A DNA stretch of 63,356 bases, the filler included, from Basidiobolus ranarum (Eukaryota), in the NCBI GenBank assembly GCA_040143965.1. It is 55 parts of 55 records of this genome, joined end to end, with 100 filler letters (N's around TTAATTAATTAA, not from the genome) between each part and the next. Parts side by side here need not be neighbours in the genome. Positions count along the whole stretch, not along the records: positions 48,514 to 49,564 come from JASJQH010013551.1; positions 49,665 to 50,714 come from JASJQH010013552.1; positions 50,815 to 51,864 come from JASJQH010013553.1; positions 51,965 to 53,014 come from JASJQH010013554.1; positions 53,115 to 54,164 come from JASJQH010013555.1; positions 54,265 to 55,314 come from JASJQH010013556.1; positions 55,415 to 56,463 come from JASJQH010013557.1; positions 56,564 to 57,612 come from JASJQH010013558.1; 47 more parts are not named here. The stretch is one strand, 5' to 3'. Made by a program: the position numbers and the translations under genes. Positions 48,514-60,460 of the stretch are shown one piece after another (within the stretch, counting starts at the first letter, position 1; every line of letters begins with the position of its first letter). The notes beneath the pieces were generated by a model. The model was not told where the DNA came from. It did no database searches and worked only from the letters and a program-made list of their open reading frames with translations.

Positions 48514-49564
48514 TATAACTGTGGTAACTCCACGGTATCTTGACTTTTGGCAGTGTTACCAAAACTTTGAGGCAAACTATAGTCAGTGGACTCAATAGGC
48601 AAAACTAAAGTTGATTTAGTGCACTTATTACTGTTGTTATACATCAGGCTATATGCAGCTGGTGGCTATTTACAGTGACCATGCTTGTGCTTATTTTTTC
48701 TATAAAGCCTCCAGCTTTCATAGCACAAGAATTTGTGACAATGATAGCAGGGCTTCTTTAAATGTTTGTTTTGCGGCATGAGATGGATATTGTGGAAAAA
48801 AGAACGCTCGCACATAAGGGTAGTATTTTAGGTATAGCCCACAAATATCATCAGCTGATTCTGAGACGGTGTCTTCGATGAATTATCAGGGGATTTACAG
48901 GATATTTCCAGTAATTGATGGCAATTTTGGTTTATTACAAGCTGTTTCTAAGCAATTTCATTACACCAGGTTTACCATCTGAAAATTTCAATGCCATTCA
49001 AAAAGCAATCAAAATCTAAGTCAAAATTGGCTTCCAGGCCAAAGCCTGCTGGCACAAAAGGAAAAAAACCAGCAAGAACAGAGGACTTAGTTGATGAGCA
49101 GTCTAGCAATCCACTATCCACTTTGGGAGGCAATAACATGCCTGAAAATAACTCAAGTAATGATGAAGAATTAATCAATTTACCAGATGTGTTCCTTTCC
49201 AGCAATAGTGCAAGTGAAGGGATTGTAATCCCCCCATTACATTGTAAATCAGTAGTTGAGGAAAGTTCAACCAAGATACCATCAAGACCATCAACTTCCA
49301 AAATGGCTACTTTGCCCCTATTGAACAGCCTCTGTAGAAAATTTGGATAGAATTATTACAACTAGGGGTTGCAGGCAGAACACCATAATGATTTGTATGC
49401 AATCATAGGTAAAAACTATGAAGTTGCTATACAGGCCATGACAAGCAATAATGTGGCAATATTGCAATTAATGCAGCATTTGGAAGCAACTAGTTAACAT
49501 TTAGACAGTCACTCAGCAATGATATAAGACCTTCAAAATGATGTACTTGAGCTACAGCAACATG
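48514..49564. mobile_element. CACTA central region: transposase start (ATG 48779, minus), 211-bp spacer, ORF2 start (ATG 48991, plus)
   Basis: Both divergent starts lie within one contig. Confidence 0.87.
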
Positions 49565-49664
49565 NNNNNNNNNNNNNNNNNNNNNNNNNNNNNNNNNNNN
49601 NNNNNNNNTTAATTAATTAANNNNNNNNNNNNNNNNNNNNNNNNNNNNNNNNNNNNNNNNNNNN

Positions 49665-50714
49665 ATAGCCCTGATTACTATATCAATGAGTCTCAAAATT
49701 GGGCCTATGCCTGCACAGCTCAAATACATGAACCCCAGACTGTAAAAGAGGCCCTGAATGGCCCTCACACAAAATATTGGAGATCTGCAATGGCTGATGA
49801 GTACCAGGCTTTGGTAAATAATCAAACTTGGATTTTAACCAACTTACCTGATGATAGAAAATTAATTGGCGGCTGGTGGATATTTAAAGTTAAGTACAAC
49901 TCTGATGGCAATATAGAAAGGTACAAGGCTAGACTAGTAGCCAGAGGCTATTCCCAAACACCAGGAATACATTATACCGAAACTTTTGCTCCTGTAGCAA
50001 AGATTAATTCAATTAGATTGATTTTAGCAATTTCAGCTAAATATCAGTTTAATATACATCAAATGGATGTTAAAACTGCCTTTTTGAATGGTGAGCTTGC
50101 TGAGGAGATCTATATGGACTAGCCAGATGGATTTGTGGACCCAGAAAACCCTAAAAAATTTTGCAGACTCCAGAAAACACTCTATGGCTTAAAACAATCT
50201 CCAAGAGCTTGGAATAGCAACATAGATGCTTTTTTGGAAACACTCAAATTCCAAACAAGTAATGCTGACTATAGTATCTACTTCAGGCCAGATAAGACAA
50301 ACCCAGTTTCATTAGCCTGATTTGTAGATGACCTTATAATAGCAACTGATGATTTGAAGACTTTGGAGAAAATCAAATCCAGCTTATCTGCCAAATTCAA
50401 AATGACTGATCTAGGTGAACTGACATACTATCTTGGGATCCAAATTAAGATAGATAGAACTACCAAAAAAATAACTTCAAACCAGTCTAAATATATCCTA
50501 TATATACTAAAGAAGTTTAAAATGGAAGAATGTAATCCAGTTTCTATCCCAATGGAGAAAAATCTTAACTTGACCAAAAATGGCTCAAATCAGATGGTCT
50601 TAGATTCAAATGAAAGCCAGAATTTTCCTTGTCAATCTATGGTCGATAGCTTGATGTATATCATGGTTGGAACATGGCCAGATTTTGCATATTCTTTGGG
50701 AGTTAAGTGCCAAT
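49665..50714 (+). mobile_element. Copia A reverse transcriptase
   Basis: YKARLVARGY, HQMDVKTAFLNG, LYGLKQSPRAW, FVDD, MTDLGEL. Confidence 0.95.
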
Positions 50715-50814
50715 NNNNNNNNNNNNNNNNNNNNNNNNNNNNNNNNNNNNNNNNNNNNTTAATTAATTAANNNNNNNNNNNNNNNNNNNNNNNNNNNNNN
50801 NNNNNNNNNNNNNN

Positions 50815-50922
50815 TATTCCTATTTAGAATATAGGGGCTATAGATACGTTGCTTTCTGTTTCTGATATATGTATCATAACTAAAGTTAACTATGATGTTG
50901 AATAAAGATTAATTATCCAACA
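50815..50922 (-). repeat. LTR-like repeat C inserted in CACTA ORF2 (50923-51068)
   Basis: Ends TTATCCAACA. Confidence 0.7.
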
Positions 50923-51068
50923 GAACCAACATTCTTCCTGCTATCTGGTGGATACCCTGCAATATTGTGCCACTCTGTATTAAGTTCTTCCTAGATATCT
51001 GCATGGTCATTACCAGACCAAATGTCAAGTTAAATATTTTTCTTCTGAAGCCACTTGCAGCATACTTA

Positions 51069-51601
51069 TATTGAAATCAGCATTATCTAAGCACCTATAC
51101 AGTCATATATAAGACTTGTTCTCTGTGATAGTGCCAGATTGTGCTGTATATATCATCTTGGATAAAGTATTCTAAAATTTATATCGCACAATTTGGCACT
51201 ATCAATCACCCTCTGGCATGATCAATTTCAATCACATTTACTCTAACATATTGATCCAAGGTCCAATAAATCCTGGCACAATGGAACAAGACCATAGCTT
51301 AGTACTTGGTTATCTTTTATTTCACAAAGATATTTTCCATTATTCTCAATTGGATTTTACTAGGAATATTTTTATCAACTTGTAAATTTGTAGATATACA
51401 GATTTTTCAAACTTGTGCTAGAAGCCCCAAACTTTGCACACATGCTTCTGGGACCTTCCTTAACATATTCTACATGTTATTTTGTTTACATCTTGACAAA
51501 ACTGTAAATGTGAACTTTCTACTCAATAAATCAATATGTGAAAACCACCAATTCCTCTAATTCTCCAAACCACTTCCAACAGGCTCCCAAATACTTTAAC
51601 A
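51069..51601 (+). repeat. LTR-A carrying a MITE insertion
   Basis: LTR-A consensus resumes after 51296. Confidence 0.88.
51112..51293. mobile_element. Complete 182-bp MITE with 3-bp TSD (ATA)
   Basis: AGACTTGTTC...GAACAAGACC; the empty site GTCATAT-ATA-GCTTAG is seen in other LTR-A copies. Confidence 0.88.
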
Positions 51602-51735
51602 GGTTTCCCATAGCCTATTAAAGCATTTTCTTTATTCTTTTGGTTGAGTCCTGATTTGCGTAAATCTTCATCCAGAAGTCTGCCGAATACATAATTTAAG
51701 GACATATTTTCAGTTCTTGATTCTAAAGACCTTAA
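51602..51735 (-). mobile_element. Copia A gag fragment
   Basis: LESRTENMSLNYVFGRLLDEDLRKS. Confidence 0.87.
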
Positions 51736-51782
51736 ATATTGTATTTGGCAGTCATCTGGATGAGGATTTAAGGCCACCTCAG

Positions 51783-51864
51783 TATTGGGAAAATATGGGC
51801 TGTTTGGAGAAACTTTTAGAAAAGTGGAGTTGTGAATAGCTTTGTGAGATAATTGTTTATTGTC
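51783..51864 (-). repeat. LTR-B 3' end
   Basis: TATTGGGAAAATATGGGC... Confidence 0.88.
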
Positions 51865-51964
51865 NNNNNNNNNNNNNNNNNNNNNNNNNNNNNNNNNNNN
51901 NNNNNNNNTTAATTAATTAANNNNNNNNNNNNNNNNNNNNNNNNNNNNNNNNNNNNNNNNNNNN

Positions 51965-52668
51965 ATAACATTCTTCCAATGTAGTCCAAGCTTGATGGGA
52001 AGTGTTTGCATATGGAATATTCACAAGTTGTGCACCCTTCAAACTTTGACAAATGACATTAAAGGCCTTCTTATCTCTTTTCTTTTGAGCTTCCAATAAG
52101 GAAGGGTTGGAAGGTTCCTTTTCATCTCCAGAGACTACATCCCAAAGCTCCCTGTCTTCCAGCATGATTTGCATCTTGAACTTCCAGAAATTGTAATTTT
52201 CTCCATCAAGCTTTTCAACACTTGAGTTAATAAAAGTGGTAGTAGTGGTTTCTGTCATGCTGTAAAGGTTAGAACACAGGGCTCATAACCTATTGGGAAA
52301 ATATGGGCTGTTTGGAGGAACTTTAGAAAAGTGGAGTTGTGAATAGCTTTGTGAGATAATTGTTTATTGTCCAGAAATAAAGCATTTATACTTTTTGGTG
52401 GAAATACAGAAAACTAACACTGGGGTTGTGTTCAGAACATCTGTGGGAGTAAAATGAGCTATCTTTGGGGCAATTTGGACAAGTTTGAAATTTCCAATAT
52501 GGAATTGCTAATTCTCACATTATTCACATATATATATAATATATGTTCCAATTTTCAGCTAAGTGATATTTGACTAAGTAATGTTAACTAACTTGTATGT
52601 GATATATGAAATAGTTAGGTGTATAAAGATAGAGATAACACATATGATAAAGACAATAAACTTCAACA
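51965..52668 (-). mobile_element. Copia B 5' LTR (52291-52668), PBS GGTTATGAGCCCTG (52277-52290), gag start (ATG 52258)
   Basis: LTR-PBS-gag order; EKLDGENYNFWKFKMQIML..RELW. Confidence 0.94.
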
Positions 52669-53014
52669 GATTAATATCATGCTCTCCATCTACTCCAAAT
52701 GGTCATTACTCATTAATCCAAAAGTAAATACTGGATATCCTATCACCACCCTAGCAGCTATATTTGAGAAAAACTGTGGCTCATATACTCCAATACCTAC
52801 CAGAGAGCAGCTAGTCAATTTGTTTTGTCACTACAAAAACTATTGTCCAATCAGATTTCAGTGCACTATTAATGGTAGCACAAGTGGGAGAAGCTTCCAT
52901 ACCTGGCTTCAAGTAAGTGAGTATTATCTAGCTTTAGTGATAAATGTTGTTGAAGGTGCCTGGGACAAAAGATTTAGAGACTGTAATTTCCTTCCATTTC
53001 CTGGAGTATTTCCC
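52669..53014 (+). mobile_element. PHIS transposase N-terminus; Copia B inserted just upstream of its ATG
   Basis: Collinear with 2761-3106, and open (AGA) where that copy has TGA. Confidence 0.85.
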
Positions 53015-53114
53015 NNNNNNNNNNNNNNNNNNNNNNNNNNNNNNNNNNNNNNNNNNNNTTAATTAATTAANNNNNNNNNNNNNNNNNNNNNNNNNNNNNN
53101 NNNNNNNNNNNNNN

Positions 53115-54164
53115 CTGATTTTGCTGATACATTGTTAATCAGATTAGCATATGGTAATATTGACAATTTCACACAGAGCATCATTCTACCACAGGTGTGC
53201 TCTGTTAGGAACTCACAGAATGTATAACAAGGGCCTATAATCCCTAAGCAATGTGAAAGTTGCAGCAGGGAATGTAATGAATACCAGCATAGATTCAGTC
53301 TATCTTCTTTAAACTTGTAATAAAGTTTTGCATATCCAATGACAAAATCTGTGCACAGTGGCTGTATCTGCCTGAGATCTGCCCATGTGAGTTGATGCTG
53401 TAAGAATATATGAACAATGTTCACAAACAACTCCCATTGTTGCCAATATTAATCATGCAGAAATCTTGTCAAGATTTCACTTGAATATGTACATATTGAA
53501 GACTTCCGGTATTTGCATTTGAATCAATGCCTAGATGAGTGGATATTGATGGGAATCCTAGTAAAATATGTTGGTATCTTGATGTTTCAAAGCATTTTCC
53601 CCATCAATTCAAACTTTGATCCTATGTTAAATGGCTCATGCATATTGAATTTTCCACTATATAGCTGAGTAAGTAGTATTAGAATGTTGTTGAATAGTAA
53701 GTGCATATTGCCTAATGTGATGCTCTGGCTTCAGCTGATCTCCTTTTGCAATATAATCTTAGACTTATGGCTCCTAACAGAAATTTGAGGATTGTTATTG
53801 TAGGAAAACCATCACAATTTTAAGCCATTTGGGATTGACCCTCAATTTTTTTGGTTTCAGGAGTGAAATTTCAAGATCTTGCAAATTAGTTGCAAATGAT
53901 TGGCTACAATCTCAGTGAACTATGGATCAACACATGTGCAAAAAATGTAACTCAAATTTTACACAATTACCACTTGAATGCTATTTTGTCACCTTCAAAA
54001 TCCCTAGTCTCTTTTATATATTCTCCTGAATATTTTTATAGAGTTCTTCATATCCAAGGTTTAGCTCATACCCAACACGGGTTTGTATCAATATCTCCAT
54101 CAAAGCCCACCATTGTATTAACATTGCTGAATCAACATTCTTCCAGCTATCTGGTGGATACCCT
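53115..54164 (-). mobile_element. CACTA transposase (53115-53771) with a nested ORF2-side end (TIR at 53772)
   Basis: DUF4218-like motifs; TCCTAACAGAAAT junction. Confidence 0.86.
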
Positions 54165-54264
54165 NNNNNNNNNNNNNNNNNNNNNNNNNNNNNNNNNNNN
54201 NNNNNNNNTTAATTAATTAANNNNNNNNNNNNNNNNNNNNNNNNNNNNNNNNNNNNNNNNNNNN

Positions 54265-54682
54265 GTAGATGTGTCATTGTTTGAATAGATTACCCCATGG
54301 CTAAGACAATAATACTCTGCATCTTGATCTATCTCACCAAGAAGTCTGTCTTGCAGCTTTCCTAGAAATACTGTCAGATTATCACATAAACAAATTAGTC
54401 CAGTTTATAGAGATACCTACTCTGTGTCCATGGATTGGGCTTGGTTGTTGTTATAGTGCTCAAACAATGCACCATCAATGAGCATATTCAAAAGAACCTT
54501 TTTTTGGAAGGTTAATATACTCTGGAGTCTCCTTAACCCATTGAATTATGTGCATAACTGATTTTACTGATACATTATTAATCAGATTAGCATACAGTTA
54601 TACTGACAATTTCATCTGAAGCATCATTTCACCGTAGGTGTGCTCTATTAGGAACTCCCAGAATATATAGCAAGGGCCTATA
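54265..54682 (-). mobile_element. CACTA transposase 3' part
   Basis: Reverse complement of 17695-18112. Confidence 0.85.
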
Positions 54683-55314
54683 TACTGGGAAAATATGGGC
54701 AGTTAGGATGAACTTTAGAGAAGTGGAGTTGTGAATAGCTTTTGTTAGATAATTATATATTGTCAAGAAATGAAGCATTTATACATTTTGCTGGAAATAG
54801 AGAAACCTAACACTAGGGTTCTGTTCAAAACAACTGTGGGAGTAAATGAGCTAGTTTTGGGGCAATTTGGACAAGTTTGAAATTTGCAATATGTCATTGC
54901 TAAATCTCACATTATTCAAATGTATATACAACATATGTTCCAGTTTGCAGGTAAGTGATATTTGACCAAGTAATCATAACTAACTTTTATGTACATATGT
55001 TAAAGATAATAAATTTCAACACTCCCACTCAACTAAAAATTCATATAACTTAATCCCAACTTAAATCATAATTCTTCAAATTTTGGCTTGAATAATAGTT
55101 TGGTAAGGATGTCAGCAATCATGTCCTGTTAGACAGTACTGTAACTGCATGTGCTTATTCTCAGCAGTTTCCCTAACAAAGTGATGTTGAATATCAATGT
55201 GCTTACTTCTAGGAGGAAATTTGGGGTTATTAGCCAAAAAAATACAACTTTGCTTATCCTTGAAAATTATGGTGTATGAACAATAAAAATGCCCAAGTCT
55301 TTGAGCAGTTTTCT
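54683..55314 (-). mobile_element. Copia B RNase H end, PPT AGTTGAGTGGGAG (55022-55034) and 3' LTR (54683-55021)
   Basis: RSKHIDI.HHFVRE, DMIADILTK; PPT abuts the LTR. Confidence 0.9.
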
Positions 55315-55414
55315 NNNNNNNNNNNNNNNNNNNNNNNNNNNNNNNNNNNNNNNNNNNNTTAATTAATTAANNNNNNNNNNNNNNNNNNNNNNNNNNNNNN
55401 NNNNNNNNNNNNNN

Positions 55415-55641
55415 CTAACGTGTAGAATATGTTAAGGAAGGTCCCAGAAACATGTGTGCAAAGCTTGGGGCTTCTAGCACAAGTTTGAAAAATCTATATA
55501 TCTGAGAACTTCTAAGTTGGTAAAAGTATTCTAAGTAAATTCCAATTGAGAATATTTGATAATATCTTAGTGAGTTATAAGATAACCAATTACTAAGTTA
55601 TATATGACTATATAGGTGTTTAGGCATTGTTAATTTCAACA
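55415..55641 (-). repeat. LTR-A 5' part
   Basis: Ends AATTTCAACA. Confidence 0.9.
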
Positions 55642-56152
55642 GAGGCAACAATTGAACCAAGATGGAATGAAACATAAAAAAAAACTAGAGAGCTTATGCT
55701 GAAGACTAGGTACAGAATGTCTTGGGTTAATTTTGTACATGAGTAAGATATATGCATGCAAGTAGTCTGTCTGCATACTGAAACTAACAAAATTTGCTCT
55801 CATGGCATTTGGTATATCTTGGTAAAGCAATCATCAGGACAGTGATATTAGAAGATAGAAGTACTATGCAATGGAACTGTAAGACTTCAAGGGAAAGAGG
55901 CTACTATGCCAAAGTATGGAAAGTAAAACGCTAAGCAAACACCACTGGGTGAAGAGATCAAAGTATCTATTGATAGAGACCTGTGACTTGAGCTACTCAG
56001 TGAGAATATATAGCTATGTAGACAGATAGTCTAGATACAAATTGAAGTAATAGAACTTGCTTATTTTGCATTGTGCCCTAATCAGAATGTCACTTGTTGG
56101 TGATAGCAACATTTCATATTAATAGAATATCTAATTTCAAATGCTGGAATTA

Positions 56153-56463
56153 GGGGGGGGGATGAAAATCACCATATGGTGTGGTCTTTATTTAGCTTAA
56201 ATACCAATCTAAACAAAGTGACAATCAAGACATCAATCTTTTAAGATATTCTGACAATACTGGATCATATCCATACTTAACCTGATGACCAATGTAATCA
56301 AGCTCAGAGGATGTAAATATAATGTTAAGGGGCACAGGTGGTAACCAGAAAGGAAGGTACTCAGTGCAAACCAGATGGACAACAGGACAAGAACCAGGAA
56401 TAATGGGAATTAAGAAAGGTGTCTTGGAGGCAAGGTATTGCTTCCAAAGGTCTAGCTGGAAGT
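56153..56463. mobile_element. Repeat E end, reverse orientation
   Basis: TTA followed by a G-run and ATGAAAATCACC. Confidence 0.7.
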
Positions 56464-56704
56464 NNNNNNNNNNNNNNNNNNNNNNNNNNNNNNNNNNNNN
56501 NNNNNNNTTAATTAATTAANNNNNNNNNNNNNNNNNNNNNNNNNNNNNNNNNNNNNNNNNNNNTATTATTGAACCTTTTACAGTGCTACTGTAATCTGTT
56601 GTACCGCACTCTGACTCTCATAAGCTGAGGAATTTAGTTTCTCCTGATATGTTGCAAGTTGACCAAGATTTTTTCTGTAATTTATTCCATTGTAAAAAGC
56701 ACAT

Positions 56705-57612
56705 ATTGATTCAAATTAGCATAGCCTAAACATCTATAGAGTCATATAGCTTTGTATTTTTTAAGTATTTGGGAGCCTGTTGGAAGTGGTTTGGAGAAGT
56801 AGAGAAACTGGTATTTTTCACTTGTTGATTTATTGAGTTGAAATTGGACATTAATAGTTTTGTCATAGTATAAACATATTAACATGTAAAATGTGCTTAG
56901 TATTTAGTAATCCTATATTGAACCATGATATTGTTGAAATTAACATTGCCTAAACACCTGTATAGTCATATATAGCTTAGTACTTAGTTATCTTATAATT
57001 CACTGAGATATTATCTATTATTCTCAATGGGAATTTACTTGGAATATTTTTACCAACTTAGAAGTTCTCAGATATATAGATTTTTCAAACTTGGGCTAGA
57101 AGCCCCAAACTTTGCAAACATGTTTCTGTGACCTTCCTTAACACATTCTACATGTTAGTTTGCTTATGTTATGGCAAAACTATAAATGTCAACTTTCTAC
57201 TCAATAAATCAACAAGTGAAAACACCAATTCCTCTAATTCTCCAAGCCACTTCCAACAGGCTCCCAAATACTTTAACAGGTTGTGAGACCCAAGCTTGCA
57301 CTCTCTGCAATGTTTACTTTGCACATTTATGGAACTTAACCTGTATAGTCATATATAGCTTAGTACTTAGTTATCCTATAATTCACTAAGATATTATCAA
57401 TTATCCTTAATTGGAATTTACTTGTAATATTTTTACCAACTTAGAAGTTCTCTAATATATAGATTTTTCAAATTTGTACTAGAAGCTCCAAACTTTGCAC
57501 ACATGTTACTGGGACCTTCCTTAACATATTCTACACCTTAGTTTGTTTACATCTTGAAAAACTATAAATGTCAACTCTCTACTCAATAAATCAATAACTG
57601 AAAACCACCAAT
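56705..57612. repeat. Cluster of four LTR-A pieces, including a full copy (56932-57278) with a decayed PBS
   Basis: Partial +, partial -, full +, partial + copies. Confidence 0.87.
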
Positions 57613-57712
57613 NNNNNNNNNNNNNNNNNNNNNNNNNNNNNNNNNNNNNNNNNNNNTTAATTAATTAANNNNNNNNNNNNNNNNNNNNNNNNNNNNNNNN
57701 NNNNNNNNNNNN

Positions 57713-58721
57713 TACTCTTTTGGAATTTGAGCATTTCCAAAAAATTATCTATCTTGCTATTCCAAGCTCTTGGAAATTGTTTTAAGCTGTAGAGTGTTTT
57801 CTGGAGTCTGCAATTTTTTTTAGGGTTTCTGCATCCACAAATACATCTGTCTGGTCGATTTAAATCTCCTCAGCAGGCTCACCACTCAAAAAAGCAGTTT
57901 TGACATTGACTTGATGTAGAATAAACTGATATTTAGCTCAAATTGCTAAATTCAATCTATTTGAACTAAACTTTGCTACAGGAACAAAAGTTTGGCTATG
58001 ATCTATTCCTGATGCTTGGGAATAACCTTTGGCTACCAGTCTAGTCTTGTACCACTCTACATTGCCATCAGAGTTTTATTTAACTTCAAACACCCATTGG
58101 CAGCCAATTGATTTTCTATCATCTGGTAAGTTGGTTAAAATCCAAGTTTGATTCTCAATCAAAGCCTGGTACTCATCAGCCATTGCAGCTCTCCAGAACT
58201 TGTGCAAGAGCCATTTAGGGCCTCTTTTACAGTCTGGGGTTCATGTATTTGAGCTGTGCTGGCAAAGGTTCAATTTTGGGACAAATTAATGTGGCAATCA
58301 GGGCTATTTCCTATCCAATTTGATATCCTGGTTTGGGTAAAGGTATTATGACTTCTGGTATTGTATAGGGCACTTTAGTAGGCAAAATTTTGGTCAAAGG
58401 GTCCACAGGAAAGCTTTTTACTTCATTGTTTTAGTTTGTACCAATTTGAATGATTTGATCAGGAGAAAATTGATTTTTGTTACCATCTGAGGTTATTTTG
58501 GGTGAAAATGCTTCATTTTCATTAAACAAGACATCCCTTGACCTGATTGATTTTGGAATTCTGGTATCACAGAGTCTGTAAGCCTTAGATTGAGTACAAC
58601 AACCCAGAAATATGCATTTCTAACTCTTTGGATCAAATTTAGACCAATTTTTGGTCATGATATTGACATGGGCAATGAATCCAAAGGTCCTCAAATGTTT
58701 TACATCAGGTTTAACTCCAAA
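57713..58721 (-). mobile_element. Copia A integrase C-terminus to RT
   Basis: Reverse complement of 1460-2218 and 49665-50260. Confidence 0.92.
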
Positions 58722-59425
58722 CGATACCACTAATCTCTATATGATCATGGAGTATGTAGCTNNNNNNNNNNNNNNNNNNNNNNNNNNNNNNNNNNNNNNN
58801 NNNNNTTAATTAATTAANNNNNNNNNNNNNNNNNNNNNNNNNNNNNNNNNNNNNNNNNNNNAAGGAAAGGATAAAGAATATGGTGTAGTTTTGATTGTGC
58901 TAAGGCTAGAAGCTTTTTCAATAGGGGGAAGGGTTGCTTATATAAAGAAACAGCTTAGAATAAATGCTATGAATTGGTGGCTGAGAATAAATGCTATGAG
59001 TGGGTGGCTTAGCATCGAAGTGCTAATAAGATCACTAATAAAGCAGCTGTGGCTTTGAAACTTAGAACACATCAGCATCAAGTACTGTCGCAGCTCTGTG
59101 CAAAATTTGAAGAGAATCCATTGGCTGGTTCAAAAGTTAGCACTAATTTTGTGAGCATCCTGAGATCCTGAATTCCTGTGTTCTGAATATATGCTAGTGT
59201 TGATTTTTGTGTTGGCAATTTTGAAATGATTGTAGCTCCACCAATATTTGATCAAATCTTATGATTCTTGCATGGTTGCAAAGCTCTAATTCCGGAGTTT
59301 TTGATTGCAGCTTGAATTGTTGTAATCAGCTAGGTATTGATGTGACTATGAGCGATCAAATATTCTTGTTCTTTTTCTTGATCTGTAAAATATTTTAAGA
59401 TAGCAATTGTTTGGCTTTCACCGGT

Positions 59426-59910
59426 TATCTGAAAAACCTGAAGTCATGTACTGTTTGCACATAATTGGCAATCACTGAATCAGGTAAATATTGTTTATAT
59501 TTGGCTTACATACCATTGATTCCCCATCTTAATGTTTTGATGAAATCACCCAAATATAGATCATTGATCCAATACCAAAGTACTCACTGTAAAGCTGATG
59601 GTATTACAATATACTTGATGGATATTACACCAAAATCTGAAAAGTCAAGGTTTCTTTGAGAACACATATGATCATGCATTTGCATTGGCTCTGGATGGTT
59701 TCTCACTCAACAAATATACTATCAGAAAGGCTTGCTGGCCAATAAATTTAATTGACTTAAATCTTCCTCCTTCTTATTGATATAGGAGTCATAATATTTT
59801 GATACTATCCATCATATGTGGATCTAAATCACCAGTGCATATAGATAGCTTCTTGGAGCCTTTGATTGTGGAATTTGAATGGTTATCTAATTGGGTTTAG
59901 ATGGGTGATT
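59426..59910 (+). mobile_element. CACTA transposase core fragment
   Basis: FALALDGF, IDSFLEPL. Confidence 0.87.
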
Positions 59911-60460
59911 NNNNNNNNNNNNNNNNNNNNNNNNNNNNNNNNNNNNNNNNNNNNTTAATTAATTAANNNNNNNNNNNNNNNNNNNNNNNNNNNNNNNNNN
60001 NNNNNNNNNNCGTGAAGCAGCTCAAGCTTTAGATCACGTCAACAAAAAGTAGTTCTTGGTTCTCATCGATATTTAAAAATATAACCAGTGGATTTAGCAT
60101 CACAACTCGTACATATTGACTTGGTATGCGCTTGAGCTCTTTAGGTTGTTCGTGAACTGGCAGAATGAAATGGAAAGATTGTCATAAATAAACCATTCGT
60201 ATCTTAAGTATACAGCACCTTCTGCTTATGTAATTTATATATCGCTTTATCGCAATAATTGTTGTGAGAACCTTGGGATTTGTAAGCACATTCTTCATGT
60301 TATTAGATATGACTTAGTCTGACAGAGATTGTAGTTTATCTTAATCTGTTTCTGTATTGTCAATTTTCTATCAACAATCAATACCTCAATTTATTTCTTC
60401 ATGGTAAATCCATTTATATTGCATGTATTCCTTTGCTTTCTTCATTAAAATTAAATTAAA

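Noticed and set aside
52619-53062. Extended transposase N-terminus
   Set aside because: The first ~17 codons are LTR-B sequence
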